Assembly (NCBI GenBank): GCA_965224025.1
Contig: OZ245033.1
Coordinates: forward strand, 3,552,001 to 3,616,000
DNA length: 64,000 bases
Direction: 5' to 3'
From: Candidatus Multivorans sp.
GTDB taxonomy: Bacteria > Acidobacteriota > Thermoanaerobaculia > Multivoradales > Multivoraceae
Shown here one piece after another: positions 22,956 to 38,649 of the stretch (its first letter is position 1; every line of letters begins with the position of its first letter). A program made the position numbers and the translations under genes. Under the pieces are notes generated by a model, which saw only the letters and a list, made by a program, of their open reading frames with translations, ran no database searches and was not told where the DNA came from.

Positions 22956-24142
22956 TAGTCCGGGAGCCCCAGTACGCGTTTGGCGATGATGTTCAATTGG
23001 ATCTCCGAGGTTCCGCCCTCGATGCTGTTGGCCCGGGAACGAAGCCAGGTCCGGGTCTGGTTCAACTCAGCGGGCTCGAAGCCCTCGCCTTCCCAACCCA
23101 GGGCTTGCGGACCCCGGATCGAGAGCATGAGCTCCTCGCGGCGCATGTTCAGCTCCGTGCCGTAGTACTTGAACATCGAACTCTCAGGCCCGGGCTTGTG
23201 TCCCGCCTCGAGACCGTCGCCGTGGCGCCTGACCGTCAAGCCGTAGGACATCGCGTCCATCTCGCTCTGAGTGATCCGTTCGCGGAGCGCCGGATCGTCG
23301 ATCCGGCCCGCCTCGTCCACGCCCACGTAGTCCCGCGCCAGATCCGGCAGCGAAGTGCGCGCCCCGCCCCGTCCCATGCCGCCGATCGACGTGCGTTCGT
23401 GGCCGAGCAGGGCCTTCGCCACCGTCCAGCCGCCGTTCACCTCACCGATGACCTGGTGGACGGGCGCCCGCACGTTGTGGAAGAACGTCTCGCAGAACGG
23501 CGAGGCGCCGCTGATCAGGCGGATCGGCCGCGCCTCGACGCCGGGCGACTCCATGTCGACCAGGATGAAGGTGATGCCGCGCTGCTTCTTCACGTCCGGG
23601 TCGGTCCGCACGAGCATGAAGATCCAGTCCGCCTGGTCGGCGCCCGAGGTCCAGATCTTCTGGCCGTTGATCACGTAGAAATCGCCGTCGCGAACCGCCG
23701 AGGTCGCCAGCGAGGCGAGGTCGGAGCCCGCGTTCGGCTCGGAGTAGCCCTGACACCAGCGGATCTCGCCGCGGGCGATCTTCGGCAGATGCTCGGCCTT
23801 CTGCGCCTCGGTGCCGTGATCGAGCAGCGTCGGTCCGATCATGCTGTAGCCGAAGCCCGTGAGCGGCATCGGCAGTTCCAGACGCGCGAACTCCTCGTGC
23901 AGGACGAGCGCATCGTCGCGCGAGAGCCCGGCGCCCCCGTACTTCTCCGGCCAGGCCGGCACGGAGAAGCCCCGCTCGGCCGCCGCGAGCAGCCAGTCGC
24001 GGCTCTCCGGGTAGATGAACGGCGCCTTGCGGCCGCCGGACGCCCAGGCGCTCGGATCGGACGCCTTGCCCCGGAGAAACTCGGGTGCTTTCGCTTCGAC
24101 CCAGATGCGGGCCTCCTCTCGGAACGCGGACAGATCGCTCAT
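22955..24142 (-). CDS. Acyl-CoA dehydrogenase
   Basis: WCQGYSEPNAGSDLA, NGQKIWTS, IEGGTSEIQ. Confidence 0.94.
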   Translation of the reverse strand: MSDLSAFREEARIWVEAKAPEFLRGKASDPSAWASGGRKAPFIYPESRDWLLAAAERGFSVPAWPEKYGGAGLSRDDALVLHEEFARLELPMPLTGFGYSMIGPTLLDHGTEAQKAEHLPKIARGEIRWCQGYSEPNAGSDLASLATSAVRDGDFYVINGQKIWTSGADQADWIFMLVRTDPDVKKQRGITFILVDMESPGVEARPIRLISGASPFCETFFHNVRAPVHQVIGEVNGGWTVAKALLGHERTSIGGMGRGGARTSLPDLARDYVGVDEAGRIDDPALRERITQSEMDAMSYGLTVRRHGDGLEAGHKPGPESSMFKYYGTELNMRREELMLSIRGPQALGWEGEGFEPAELNQTRTWLRSRANSIEGGTSEIQLNIIAKRVLGLPD

Positions 24143-24390
24143 GCAGTTGCCTCAACAGGTTGAAGGCCGCGCATTCTGCCACGGAACCCAGGTGGCGCGG
24201 CCCGCGTCACCTGTGAACCGCTCCGTGCGCGAGTCATCAAGCGCGTGGACGATACGGCGCCGGCAGGAGCTTGCATCGCGGACCCGACTATAGACTCCGC
24301 CCGCCGGCGCGCGTCGACAGCGGCCGCGGTCGTCGCCACGTCCACCCTCGCTCCACCGCGTCCCTGTCACCGCTCCGCCAGAAACACAAC

Positions 24391-25980
<1,590 letters not shown>

Positions 25981-26051
25981 CGGGCCGGCTCAGAGCGACC
26001 CGGGAACGGCCCGTGCGGCAGCCTGCGCGGCGGACTGCCACGAAGGCCCGC

Positions 26052-26963
26052 CTAGAACAGCTCGCGCGCCCTGTCCTTCAGCTCCGCCAACCGCTCCGCG
26101 GCTTCGCCGACCGGCGCCGGCCAAATCACCCGCCGATCCTCGAGCTGCCGGTCGAGCCGATGCCAGAGCTCGACGTTCTTGACCTGTCCGCCGCTCTTCG
26201 TGCGCCACCGGTTGCGCTTCCATGAGTGGATCCACAGGGAGGCGCCACGCCTGAGATAGTCGTTGCCGGTGTAGACGGCCGCCGGCTGTCCCTCGGGCAG
26301 AGCGGCGAGCAGATCGAGAACGCACTCGAGTTCCAGGCGGTTCGGTGTCGTCTCCGACGCCCGACCTGTCCGTCCGTCCGAGCCGTCCGGCGTCTCCAAC
26401 TCCGCCGCCCACACGCCGCGGCCGCCGACGCATCGGACCTTGAGGAAGATTCGCGCGCTGCCGGGCGGGATCTCCACCTCCGAGTCCGGTTCGGCCGCGG
26501 CGCCGCCCCCTCGAGCCGTGATCTCGGCGCTCGCCAGGGCATCGACCCGCTCGTTCCACTCGTTCCCGGCATGGCCCTTGACCCAGTGCCAGTGGACGCG
26601 GTGGCGCTTGTTCAGACCTTCCAGGCGCCGCCACAGGTCGACGTTCTTGACCGCCCCGCCGTCGCGCCGGCGCCAGTTCTGGGCCCGCCACCGAGCCAGC
26701 CACGATGTGATCCCCTGCCGGACGTACTGGGAGTCCGTGTAGAGCTCTACCGCGCTCGGTTCGGACAGTTCGGCAAGCGCGGAGATCGCCGCCTGGAGTT
26801 CCATGCGGTTGTTCGTCGTGCTCGGCGCACCGCCCGCGAGTTCCCGCGGGTTCGCGCCCGGCGCCAGGATCACCGCCGCCCAGCCGCCCGGGCCGGGGTT
26901 GGGGCTGGCGCCGCCGTCGGTGTAGATGACAAGGGTCCGGCGGGCGGCAGGCTGGGCGCTCAC
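26052..26963 (-). CDS. rnhA: Ribonuclease HI followed by a second, degenerate RNase H-like domain
   Basis: [41 protein letters not shown]...NERVD; repeated as [21 protein letters not shown]. Confidence 0.92.
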   Translation of the reverse strand: MSAQPAARRTLVIYTDGGASPNPGPGGWAAVILAPGANPRELAGGAPSTTNNRMELQAAISALAELSEPSAVELYTDSQYVRQGITSWLARWRAQNWRRRDGGAVKNVDLWRRLEGLNKRHRVHWHWVKGHAGNEWNERVDALASAEITARGGGAAAEPDSEVEIPPGSARIFLKVRCVGGRGVWAAELETPDGSDGRTGRASETTPNRLELECVLDLLAALPEGQPAAVYTGNDYLRRGASLWIHSWKRNRWRTKSGGQVKNVELWHRLDRQLEDRRVIWPAPVGEAAERLAELKDRARELF

Positions 26964-27068
26964 GACGGCGTGAATGTAACAGTCGCCGGGCGAGATCCGT
27001 CGGCGAAGTACGGGGCCCGGTCGGGAGGTCCCGAACGCCCCATTCGGGCGCAATAGACTAGGCGGCCT

Positions 27069-30000
27069 GTGATGAATGTCTCGCGCCTGGGGCTGTCCGC
27101 GGCCGTCCTTGTCGTCCTGGCCGTCTGTGCGGGAACCGCATGGAGCCAGACGGAGTCAGAGCCCTTCGAGGGGCTTGAGTTTCGCCTCGTCGGGCCCAGC
27201 CGCGGCGGCCGGGTGACGGCGGTGGCGGGCCATACATCCCACCCGTACACCTTCTACATGGGGTCGACCGGCGGCGGCGTATGGCGCACCACGAACGCGG
27301 GCCGCACGTGGCAGAACCTGACCGACGACGACTTCGGGGCAGGCTCGGTCGGCGCCGTCGCGGTCGCCCCGAGCGATCAGAACGTGATCTACGTCGGCAC
27401 CGGCTCGGCGTGTCCGCGCGGCAACGTATCGATCGGGGACGGCATGTACCGCTCGACCGACGCCGGCGCCTCGTGGCAGCACATCGGCCTGGAGCGGGCG
27501 GGCGCGATCAGTCGCATCCGCATCCATCCCGACGACCCGAACCGGCTCTGGGTCGCGGTGCTCGGCCGGATCTTCGGCAGCAACCCGGAGCGCGGCGTCT
27601 ACCGCTCGACCGACGGCGGGGCAACCTGGGAGCAGGTGCTCTACCTATCCGACGACGCCGGCATGGCCGACCTGGAACTCGACCCCTTCAATCCGCGCAC
27701 CCTCTACGCGGCCGCCTGGCGCGTCGAGCGCAAGCCCTGGACCCTGATCGACGGCAGCGACGAGGGCGGCCTGTTCCGCTCCACCGACGGCGGCGACACC
27801 TGGGACCGCCTCGAAGGCGGCCTGCCGATCGGCGTGCTCGGCCGGATCGGCGTTTCCGCCTCGCCGGCGCGCCGCGGTCGCCTGTGGACGATCATCACCG
27901 CCGCGAACGGCCGCGGCGGCATCTTTCGCTCCGAGGACCACGGCGACTCCTGGAAGAAGGTGAGCGACGAGCCCGAGCTGCTGACGCGCGGCTGGTACTA
28001 CAGCCACATCCATGCCGATCCCGCCGACCCGAACACGGTCTGGGGCGCCAACGTCCGCTTCTTCCGCTCGGTCGACGGCGGCGCCAACTGGGAGCGCGTG
28101 TCCACCCCCCACGGCGACAACCACGACCTCTGGATCAACCCCGAACAACCCCACATCATCGTCCAGGCGAACGACGGCGGCGCCAACGTCAGCGTCGACG
28201 GCGGACGTTCCTGGTCGACCCAGAACAACCAGCCGACCGCGGAGTTCTACCGGGTCACCGTCGACAACCAGTTCCCCTACCGCATCTACGGCGCCCAGCA
28301 GGACAACAGCACGATCTCGGTCCCCTCGCGCCCGATGCCCCAACTGACCGCGACCCAGCACTGGCACTCGGTAGCGGGCGCGGAGAGCGGCCACATCGCC
28401 GTCCATCCCGAGCAGTCGCACCTGGTCTATTCGGGCAACTATCTCGGGCGCATCGACCGCTACGACCACCGCAGCGGCGCCGCACGCAACATGATCCTCT
28501 ACCCCGAGATGCAGGACGGAACGGCCCCCCGCGACCTGCGCTACCGCTTCCAGTGGAACGCGCCGATCCTGATCTCCCGGCACGATCCGGACGTCGTGTA
28601 CCACACCTCGAACTACGTCCACCGCACGCGAGACGGCGGCTGGACCTGGGAGACGATCTCGCCGGACCTGACCACGGACGACGACGAGAAACAGGGCATG
28701 CCGGGAGGTCCGGTCCAGCACGACCACACCGGCGTCGAGGTCTACAACACGGTGTTCGCGCTCGCCGAGTCGCCGCACCGGGCCGGCGAGATCTGGACCG
28801 GCAGCGACGACGGCCGCATCCACGTGAGCCGGGACGACGGTTCCACCTGGGTCGATGTCACGCCGGCCGGAATGCCGGTCGACGGCACGGTGAACTCGAT
28901 CGATGTCTCGCACCACGATCCCGACCGCGTCTACGTCGCGGCCTACCGCTACCGGCTGAACGACTACACGCCGTACATCTTCCGCACCGAGGACGGCGGC
29001 GCCACCTGGACCACCGCCACCGCGGGACTGCCCGGGAACCACTTCGTCCGCGTCGTGCGCGAGGATCCGGAGGCCGACGGCCTGCTCTTCGCCGGCGCCG
29101 AGTTCGGCCTCTACGTCTCGTTCGACCGCGGGGGCGCCTGGGAGTCCTTCCAGTTGAACCTGCCGCGGACCCCGGTCACCGACCTGCTCGTTCACACAAA
29201 CGCCGGCAACCCCGACCTCGTGCTGGCGACCCAGGGGCGGAGCTTCTGGGTGCTCGACGACCTGGGCGTGGTTCGGGAACTCGCCCGAGAACAGGCGGCC
29301 GGCGGCGGTCGCGACACGCCCCGGCTGTTCGCGCCCGAGCCGACCGTGCGCGTCGACCGGCCGGGCGGCGGCGGCGGCTTCGTGAACGGCGCTTCGATCT
29401 GGTTCCACCTTCCCGAGGCGCCCGAGGGCCCGGTCGAACTGACGATCGCCCCCGAAGGCAGCGAGCGCGTCCTGCGCCGCTTCGTCGCCCTTCCGGAGGA
29501 GGACGCCGGACAGGACGAGGACCATGACGACGAACGCCCGCGAGTCGAGTCCTTCGAGGCAGAGAAGGGCCTCAATCGCATCGAATGGGACCTGAAGGAC
29601 CAGGCGCCCCACCTGGTCGAGGGCGCAATCATGTCCCTGTCCTACACCGGCGGCCCCTTCCTGCCGCCGGGGATCTACCGGGCGACCCTCGAGGTCGGAA
29701 GCGCCGCCGAGGATGCGGAAGACGCCGACGAAACCTGGAGCGACAGCCGCACCTTCGAGGTAATCGCCGACCCCCGGCTCGACGACGTCACGCAAGCCGA
29801 CCTCGAAGAGCAGTACCAGATGCTCGACGGGCTGTCGGCGCGGTTGACGGCCGTCCACGACGCGATCGCGGGTCTGCGCAGCGTCCGGGGGCAGGCCGAC
29901 TCCCTGGGGGACCGGCTCGACGCCGCCGGGGCCGGCGAACTGCAACCCCTCGTCGATGAAGTCGCGGAGCGCGCCAAGGAGCTGAACGACCGGCTCATCC

Positions 30001-30287
30001 AGGCCAGAAGCCGCGTATCCCAGGATGCGCTGAACTTCCCGCCGAGGATCGACAACCAGTACGCCTACCTCTACACTCACGTCTTCGGCAACACCGCCCG
30101 GCCGACCGCCGGCGCGCGTCGCCGTTTCGAAGACCTTGAAGCGGAGCTGCAGCCGATCCTCGAAGCGGTGGACGAGTTGACCGGTCGCCGCCTCGAGGAG
30201 CTGAACCGGCGGGCAAGGGAACTGGAAATACCCGCCGTTCAGCCCCCGACCAGCCGCGAAGCAGATCGAGTTCCCGCACAACCGTAA
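27069..30287 (+). CDS. Secreted BNR/Asp-box repeat beta-propeller protein (VPS10-like/glycosyl hydrolase)
   Basis: Signal peptide; many S/T-x-D-x-G-x-T/S-W Asp-boxes; [20 protein letters not shown]. Confidence 0.9.
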   Translation: MMNVSRLGLSAAVLVVLAVCAGTAWSQTESEPFEGLEFRLVGPSRGGRVTAVAGHTSHPYTFYMGSTGGGVWRTTNAGRTWQNLTDDDFGAGSVGAVAVAPSDQNVIYVGTGSACPRGNVSIGDGMYRSTDAGASWQHIGLERAGAISRIRIHPDDPNRLWVAVLGRIFGSNPERGVYRSTDGGATWEQVLYLSDDAGMADLELDPFNPRTLYAAAWRVERKPWTLIDGSDEGGLFRSTDGGDTWDRLEGGLPIGVLGRIGVSASPARRGRLWTIITAANGRGGIFRSEDHGDSWKKVSDEPELLTRGWYYSHIHADPADPNTVWGANVRFFRSVDGGANWERVSTPHGDNHDLWINPEQPHIIVQANDGGANVSVDGGRSWSTQNNQPTAEFYRVTVDNQFPYRIYGAQQDNSTISVPSRPMPQLTATQHWHSVAGAESGHIAVHPEQSHLVYSGNYLGRIDRYDHRSGAARNMILYPEMQDGTAPRDLRYRFQWNAPILISRHDPDVVYHTSNYVHRTRDGGWTWETISPDLTTDDDEKQGMPGGPVQHDHTGVEVYNTVFALAESPHRAGEIWTGSDDGRIHVSRDDGSTWVDVTPAGMPVDGTVNSIDVSHHDPDRVYVAAYRYRLNDYTPYIFRTEDGGATWTTATAGLPGNHFVRVVREDPEADGLLFAGAEFGLYVSFDRGGAWESFQLNLPRTPVTDLLVHTNAGNPDLVLATQGRSFWVLDDLGVVRELAREQAAGGGRDTPRLFAPEPTVRVDRPGGGGGFVNGASIWFHLPEAPEGPVELTIAPEGSERVLRRFVALPEEDAGQDEDHDDERPRVESFEAEKGLNRIEWDLKDQAPHLVEGAIMSLSYTGGPFLPPGIYRATLEVGSAAEDAEDADETWSDSRTFEVIADPRLDDVTQADLEEQYQMLDGLSARLTAVHDAIAGLRSVRGQADSLGDRLDAAGAGELQPLVDEVAERAKELNDRLIQARSRVSQDALNFPPRIDNQYAYLYTHVFGNTARPTAGARRRFEDLEAELQPILEAVDELTGRRLEELNRRARELEIPAVQPPTSREADRVPAQP

Positions 30288-30292
30288 CCGTC

Positions 30293-32512
30293 ATGCACCG
30301 AATCCCACTCCGGCGCGGCGCCGTCGCGCTGGCCGCCTTTCTTGCGGCCCAGGGCGGCGCCGGGGCTGCGCAGCAGGAGTCCCGTAGCGACCGACCGCAG
30401 CTCCAGGCACATCGACTCCAACAGCAGCCGGTCATCGACGGCGATGTGTTGGGGGAACCCCTCTGGCAACAGGTCGACGCAGCCACCGGCTTCCAGCAGA
30501 CGGAGCCCTTCGAAGGGCAGCCGGCCTCCGAGCGCACCGAAGTCCGGGTCGCCTTCGACGACAGCAACCTCTACATCGCCGCCATCCTCTTCGACAGCGA
30601 TGCCTCGACCCTGGTCATCTCCGACAGCCGGCGCGACGCTTCTCTCAGCGACGAGGACAGCTTCCGCTTCATTCTCGATACCTACGGCGATCGGCAGAAC
30701 GCCTTCATGTTCGGCACAAACGTCGGCGGCATCCAGTACGACGGCCAGGTGACCAACGAGGGGTCCGGCAGCGGCGGTTCGTTCTCCAGCGGGTCCTTTT
30801 CGGGCGCCAACTTGGACTGGGACACCTCCTGGACCGTAAGGACCCGCGTCGGCGATTTCGGATGGAGCGCCGAGATGGCGATTCCCTTCCGCAGCCTCCG
30901 CTTCGACTCGGGGGCCGGGACCTGGGGCGTCAACTTCGAGCGCAACATCCGGCGCAAGAACGAAACCGCGTACTGGGCGCACCTGGCCCGGCAGCACCGT
31001 CTGTACCGCGTGTCCGAGGCCGGCACGCTCGTCGGCCTGGTCGCGCCCCGCCAGCGCAATCTCCAGTTGACCCCGTATGCCGTGTCCTCGACCCGCGACG
31101 ACGGCATCGCCGACCGCGGGTCCGAGTGGGACGGCGGCATGGACATGAAGTACGGCATCACTCCGAGCCTCACCCTCGATGTGACGCTCAACACGGACTT
31201 CGCGCAGGTCGAGGCCGACGATCAGCAAGTCAACCTCGACCGCTTCAGTCTCTTCTTCCCAGAAAAGAGGCCGTTCTTCCTGGAGAACGCAGGCCAGTTC
31301 CGGGTCGGCGGCCGGAGTTCCAGCCGGGGCGGAGTGGAACTCTTCTTCAGCCGGCGGATCGGCCTCGCCGGCGGCCAGCCGGTCCCCATCCTGGGTGGAG
31401 TCCGACTCTCCGGCAAGGCGGGAGGCTTGAACGTGGGCTTCCTGAACATGCAGACCGACGAAGCCGGCGACATTCACGGCAACAACTTCACCGTCGCCCG
31501 GGTGAGCCGCGAATACCGCAACCGTAGCCGTGCGGGCGTGCTCGTCGCCAACCGCCAGGGTACCGGTTCCCTGGCGCCCGACGGCGACTTCAACCGCACC
31601 TACGCGGTCGACGGACAGATCGGGGTCGGCGACTACACCGAGCTCACCGGCTGGGCGGCCCAGACCGAGACGCCGGGGCTCACGGGCCGCGACCACGGTT
31701 TCGGCCTCGGCAGTTCCTACAGCTCGCCGTTCTGGCGCTGGCGGGCCGGCTACACGGAGATCGGCGAGGACTTCAATCCGGAGGTTGGTTTCCTCAGCCG
31801 CTCCGGCTACCGGCAGTTGAACGGCTACGCCCGCCGTCAGTTCCGGCCCGCCGGCGAGGGCCGGGTCAAGGAGTACGGGCCCCGCGTCTACTACGACAAC
31901 TTCTGGGACTTCGACGGTTTTCACCAGACACAGCGCTACTCCATCGGCGGCGAGGTCGAGTTCCGAGGCGGCGCCCAGATCAGCTTCTCGGGCGGCGGCC
32001 GCTACGAGGGGCTGGTCGAGCCGTTCCTGATTCGCGAAGACATCGAGATCGAGGCCGGCAAGTACGACGACTACGGCGTCTTCCTGTTCATGAATACGAA
32101 CCGCGGGCGCGCAGTCAGTCTGTTCGCGATGGTCCAGGCCGGCGGTTTCTTCGGCGGCGACCAGTTCGCCATCAATCCCGCACTGAGCATCCGTCTTGGC
32201 GACTACCTGACTTCGCAGATCAGTTGGTCCTACAACGACATCAAGGTCGCCGGCGGCGCGTTCAAGGCGAATCTGGGGCGTCTTCGCGTCACCTACGCCT
32301 TCAGCACGAGCCTGCTGCTGCAGGCTTTGATCCAGTACAACGACACGACCGACAGCGTGTCGACGAACCTCCGCTTCAGTTGGCTGAACGAGGCGAACAG
32401 GGGACTCTTCCTGGTCTACAACGAAATCTCCGAGTTCGGGCTCCTGGGCCGTGAGGAACCCGATCGCAGCCTCATCGTCAAGTACAACCGCGCCTTCGAT
32501 GTGTTCCGGTAG
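30293..32512 (+). CDS. CBM9-like plus DUF5916 outer-membrane-type protein
   Basis: WSAEMAIPFRSLRF, NTDFAQVEAD, FFPEKRPFFLE, LFFSRRIG. Confidence 0.88.
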   Translation: MHRIPLRRGAVALAAFLAAQGGAGAAQQESRSDRPQLQAHRLQQQPVIDGDVLGEPLWQQVDAATGFQQTEPFEGQPASERTEVRVAFDDSNLYIAAILFDSDASTLVISDSRRDASLSDEDSFRFILDTYGDRQNAFMFGTNVGGIQYDGQVTNEGSGSGGSFSSGSFSGANLDWDTSWTVRTRVGDFGWSAEMAIPFRSLRFDSGAGTWGVNFERNIRRKNETAYWAHLARQHRLYRVSEAGTLVGLVAPRQRNLQLTPYAVSSTRDDGIADRGSEWDGGMDMKYGITPSLTLDVTLNTDFAQVEADDQQVNLDRFSLFFPEKRPFFLENAGQFRVGGRSSSRGGVELFFSRRIGLAGGQPVPILGGVRLSGKAGGLNVGFLNMQTDEAGDIHGNNFTVARVSREYRNRSRAGVLVANRQGTGSLAPDGDFNRTYAVDGQIGVGDYTELTGWAAQTETPGLTGRDHGFGLGSSYSSPFWRWRAGYTEIGEDFNPEVGFLSRSGYRQLNGYARRQFRPAGEGRVKEYGPRVYYDNFWDFDGFHQTQRYSIGGEVEFRGGAQISFSGGGRYEGLVEPFLIREDIEIEAGKYDDYGVFLFMNTNRGRAVSLFAMVQAGGFFGGDQFAINPALSIRLGDYLTSQISWSYNDIKVAGGAFKANLGRLRVTYAFSTSLLLQALIQYNDTTDSVSTNLRFSWLNEANRGLFLVYNEISEFGLLGREEPDRSLIVKYNRAFDVFR

Positions 32513-34151
32513 CGGGACGCGACTCGCCAGCCCTCACCGGCCCGGCCGGAGCCTCGTCATGGCCCGCCGGGGCATGGCGGCGACATCCCATCCGCAGGCA
32601 ACGCTTGCGGGCCTCGACATGCTGCGCGCCGGCGGCTCGGCGATCGACGGCGCGGTCGCGGCCGCCGCGATGCTGGCGGTGGTCGAGCCGATGATGACCG
32701 GAATCGGGGGCGACGCGTTCCTGCTCTACTACCGGGCCGATCCCGAAGGCGGGCCCGGCGAAGTGCTGGGCCTCAACGGCAGCGGCCGCTCGCCGGCGGG
32801 GCTGGCTCGCGAGGCGCTTAACGGAGAAGCGATCGAAGCCGACTCGTGGCCGGCGGTCACCGTCCCCGGCGCGGTCGATCTCTGGGCGACCGCGCACGAG
32901 CGATTCGGCCGCCTCCGGTTTGCCGATCTGCTCGGCCCGGCGATCGAGACCGCCGAGCAGGGCTTCCCGGTCAGCGAGCGCGTGCAGAGCATGTGGCGCG
33001 CCTACGTGGACAGGTTGCGCCGCGACCAGGCGGCCGCGACGCATTGTCTCCCGGACGGCGACGCACCGGAACTCGGCGCTCTCTTCCGTTCCGCCGCCCT
33101 CGCGCGCTCGCTCCGTCGCATCGCACGGGACGGCCGGGACGCCTTCTACCGTGGACCCATCGCCGAGGAGATCGTCCGCTACGCCCATCGCACCGGCGGC
33201 TTCCTCCAGCTCGCGGACTTCGAGCGCCACGCGTCGACCTGGGTCCAGCCGATCGGCACCCGCTACCGAGGCCGCGAGGTCGCCCAGTTGCCGCCGAACG
33301 GACAGGGCCTGGGCGTGCTGCTGATGCTCAACCTGCTCGAGAACTTCGATCTGGCAGCCATGGACCTGGGAGGCGCCCTTCACACCCACCTGCTGGTCGA
33401 GGCGAAGAAACTGGCCTACGCCGACCTCCACGCTCACGTCGGCGATCCGGACGGCCATCCCCTGCACAGCGGCGGCGGCGTGCCGCTGCGCGAGCTGCTG
33501 GACAAGGGCTACGCCCGGGAACGAAGTCGACGGATCGATCCGCACCGCGCGGCATCGATCGTCGGGGCGGGCGAGATCCCCACCGGCGGAGGTCGCGTCG
33601 GCTCGGACACCGTCTACCTGGCGGTGGTCGACGGCGACGGCAATGCCGCCTCCTTCATCAACTCCCTCTTCGCGCCCTTCGGCGCCGCGATCGTGGGCGG
33701 AGACACGGGCATCCTGCTCCACAACCGCGGCGCCGGCTTCACGCTCGAGGCCGGACACCCCAACGAGTACCAGCCCGGCAAGCGTCCCTTCCATACGATC
33801 ATCCCCGGCATGGTCCTGAACGCAGGGAAACTGGAGCTCTGCTATGGCGTGATGGGCGGCCCCTTCCAGCCCCAGGGGCACGTGCAGCTCCTGACCAACC
33901 ACTACGATCACGGCCTTTCCCTGCAAGCGGCGGTCGACCGGCCGCGCTGGCGACACACCACGGGCCTGGAACTCCTGTGCGAACGCGGAACGGAACCGGG
34001 GACCGTCGCCGGCCTCGAGGACCTCGGCCACCATGTGCGGATCGCCGGCGGCGCCGAGTTCGGCGGCGCCCAGGCGATCGGCGTCGACCGCCACGGCACG
34101 CTGGCCGGCGCCTCGGATCCCCGCAAGGACGGAGCTGCGTTGGGTTACTGA
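32499..34151 (+). CDS. ggt: Gamma-glutamyltransferase
   Basis: GIGGDAF, VTVPGAV, catalytic DT (SDTVYL), PGKRPFHTIIP, GASDPRKDG; start uncertain. Confidence 0.92.
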   Translation: MCSGSGTRLASPHRPGRSLVMARRGMAATSHPQATLAGLDMLRAGGSAIDGAVAAAAMLAVVEPMMTGIGGDAFLLYYRADPEGGPGEVLGLNGSGRSPAGLAREALNGEAIEADSWPAVTVPGAVDLWATAHERFGRLRFADLLGPAIETAEQGFPVSERVQSMWRAYVDRLRRDQAAATHCLPDGDAPELGALFRSAALARSLRRIARDGRDAFYRGPIAEEIVRYAHRTGGFLQLADFERHASTWVQPIGTRYRGREVAQLPPNGQGLGVLLMLNLLENFDLAAMDLGGALHTHLLVEAKKLAYADLHAHVGDPDGHPLHSGGGVPLRELLDKGYARERSRRIDPHRAASIVGAGEIPTGGGRVGSDTVYLAVVDGDGNAASFINSLFAPFGAAIVGGDTGILLHNRGAGFTLEAGHPNEYQPGKRPFHTIIPGMVLNAGKLELCYGVMGGPFQPQGHVQLLTNHYDHGLSLQAAVDRPRWRHTTGLELLCERGTEPGTVAGLEDLGHHVRIAGGAEFGGAQAIGVDRHGTLAGASDPRKDGAALGY

Positions 34152-34182
34152 CGGCGCTTGGCGGACAGGCTTGCCCGAGCCT

Positions 34183-34404
34183 TCAGCCGAGCATCCACCG
34201 CAGTACGCCCACCGCCACCGACGCGAGACCAATTCCCCACAGCACCAGCCGCAGTTCCAGAGCCTTCAGGTCTGCCTTCGTAGCCACTCCCTCCGAGACG
34301 GCGGCGCGTACTGTCTCGACCATCGCCTCCGCCTGGGCGGCGGGTACGCCCGCCGCCTCCAGCTTGCGAGCAGCAGCCAAGGTGTCGAACATCGCGGTGC
34401 TCAT
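34183..34404 (-). CDS. DUF1640-like small coiled-coil membrane protein
   Basis: FDTLAAARKLEAAG...QAEA...ATKADL plus C-terminal TM helix. Confidence 0.8.
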   Translation of the reverse strand: MSTAMFDTLAAARKLEAAGVPAAQAEAMVETVRAAVSEGVATKADLKALELRLVLWGIGLASVAVGVLRWMLG

Positions 34405-34535
34405 GGCGTCAGTCTACGACGACGGCACACGTTCGTCTACGAAGCGGCGCTTGGAGGCAACAAGAGCCTCCAGCAGTTGACGCCGGAGGCGGACCGCGGA
34501 CGGACCCGCCGAACGGACGTGCAAGACTCCGGGCG

Positions 34536-35729
34536 ATGGACGACGCACCGGCTCCGCAGCGTCAGGATGCCGGACAACAGGTCGAGCTCCGCATCGTCCA
34601 GTCGATGGCGGACATCCCGCGACCGAGCTGGGACGGCCTGCTCAAACCGGGCGACCGGCCCTTCCTGTCCTGGACCTTCCTGGAGGCGCTCGAGCGCGCG
34701 GGCTGCGTGGCCGGTGAGCGGGGTTGGCTTCCATTTCACCTGACCGCCTGGACCTCGGAAGACACGCTTCTCGCGGCCGCTCCCGCCTACATCAAGAACG
34801 ATGGGCTCGGCGACTTCTCGCGGGACTGGGCTTTCGGCGACGCGGTGCGCGCCGCCGGCGGCCGCTTCTACCCGAAACTCGTGGTGGGAGTGCCCTTCTC
34901 CCCTGTTACCGGGCGCCGAATCCTGGCTTCGAACGGCATCGATCCGGCGCTCGCCGCGCGAATGTTGGTCCAGCTTGCCGCCCACACCGCCCGGCAAGTC
35001 GGGATCGCCTCCGTCCACGTGCTCTACCACAGCGCTACGGAGGTCGATGCTCTCGCGGCCGCCGGCCTCGCCCAGCGCGTCATGGTCCAGTACCACTGGC
35101 GCAACTACGACTACCGGACTCCGGAAGACTGGCTGGCGAGACTGCGCTCCAAGCGGCGCACGCAATGCCGGCGCGAACGCCGCGAGCCGAAGAGGCAGGG
35201 GATCGACATCCGGACGGTAAGGGGCGAGGAGATCGTTGCCGATCCGGAGCGCTGGGCGGATACCGCCTTCGACCTCTACGGTACGACCTGCGACAGATAC
35301 ATGTGGGGCGGCCGCTACCTGAACCGCGAGGTGTTCCACACCCTGTTCGGGGAGCTCGGCAACGAGGTCGAGTTGGTGATCGCCGAGCGCCAGGACCGCG
35401 TCCTCGCCGGCGCCCTCAATCTGCGCTCCGACACCCACCTGTACGGCCGCTACTGGGGTTGCCACGAGCATCACCGTTTCCTGCACTTCAACGTCTGCCT
35501 ATACCACTCGATCGATGAATGCATCGAACGCGGCGTCCAGGTCTTCGAAGGCGGCGCCGGCGGCGAGCACAAGATCAGCCGGGGCTTCGAGCCCGCGCCG
35601 GTCTACAGTTCCCACCTGTTCATGGACGAGAAGCTCAATGCCCTGCTCGCCGCCGCCCTGGAGCGGGACGCGGTCCGGCACCTGCAGGGCATCGAGGCCT
35701 GGCGCCGCAACCGGCGCCAGCTCGGCTGA
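34536..35729 (+). CDS. DUF482/FemAB-like GNAT protein
   Basis: YPKLVVGVPFSPVTGRR, LYGRYWG, LHFNVC, EGGAGGEHK..RGF. Confidence 0.9.
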   Translation: MDDAPAPQRQDAGQQVELRIVQSMADIPRPSWDGLLKPGDRPFLSWTFLEALERAGCVAGERGWLPFHLTAWTSEDTLLAAAPAYIKNDGLGDFSRDWAFGDAVRAAGGRFYPKLVVGVPFSPVTGRRILASNGIDPALAARMLVQLAAHTARQVGIASVHVLYHSATEVDALAAAGLAQRVMVQYHWRNYDYRTPEDWLARLRSKRRTQCRRERREPKRQGIDIRTVRGEEIVADPERWADTAFDLYGTTCDRYMWGGRYLNREVFHTLFGELGNEVELVIAERQDRVLAGALNLRSDTHLYGRYWGCHEHHRFLHFNVCLYHSIDECIERGVQVFEGGAGGEHKISRGFEPAPVYSSHLFMDEKLNALLAAALERDAVRHLQGIEAWRRNRRQLG

Positions 35730-35759
35730 CCGCGCTGCGCGCGGCCCTGTGCGGGAACC

Positions 35760-35765
35760 TATAAT
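35760..35765 (+). promoter_or_regulatory. Putative sigma70 -10 box of clpS-clpA
   Basis: Perfect TATAAT in GC-rich context, 10 nt before the clpS ATG. Confidence 0.55.
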
Positions 35766-35775
35766 CTGGCAAGTC

Positions 35776-36171
35776 ATGCCGCACTTCGAAGACGACGCGC
35801 GCGGGGACAGCAAGGTCCTCACGAAGACAAAGACCCGGACCCGCCTGGCCCGGCCACGGCTGTACAAGGTACTTCTCCACAACGACGACTTCACGCCGCG
35901 TGAGTTCGTCGTCGTGGTTCTGCAGCACGTCTTCCACCTGACCGAATCGGACGCCTCGCGCCTGATGCTCTACGTCCACAAGAACGGCGTTGGCGTGGCC
36001 GGGCTCTACCCCTTCTCCATCGCCGAGACCAAGGTCGCCGAAGTCGGCAGCCTCGCCCAGCAGGCGGAAGTGCCGCTGCTCTGCACCATCGAGCCCGACG
36101 AGGGTGGCGGTTCCGGAGACGGCGACGGTTCCCGCGACGACGGCCGCTCGGATAGCGGCGACGTGAACTGA
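35776..36171 (+). CDS. clpS: ATP-dependent Clp protease adaptor ClpS
   Basis: YKVLLHNDDFTPREFV, MLYVHKNG.G, IAETK. Confidence 0.95.
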   Translation: MPHFEDDARGDSKVLTKTKTRTRLARPRLYKVLLHNDDFTPREFVVVVLQHVFHLTESDASRLMLYVHKNGVGVAGLYPFSIAETKVAEVGSLAQQAEVPLLCTIEPDEGGGSGDGDGSRDDGRSDSGDVN

Positions 36172-36208
36172 AGGACTCGGGAGGGCCCTGACCATCGCTT
36201 CCGTGCGC

Positions 36209-38641
<2,433 letters not shown>

Positions 38642-38649
38642 CGATCAGG

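Noticed and set aside
25981-26051. Weak hairpin between convergent prfC and rnhA
   Set aside because: Imperfect stem, no U-tract and only a partial match to the REP family
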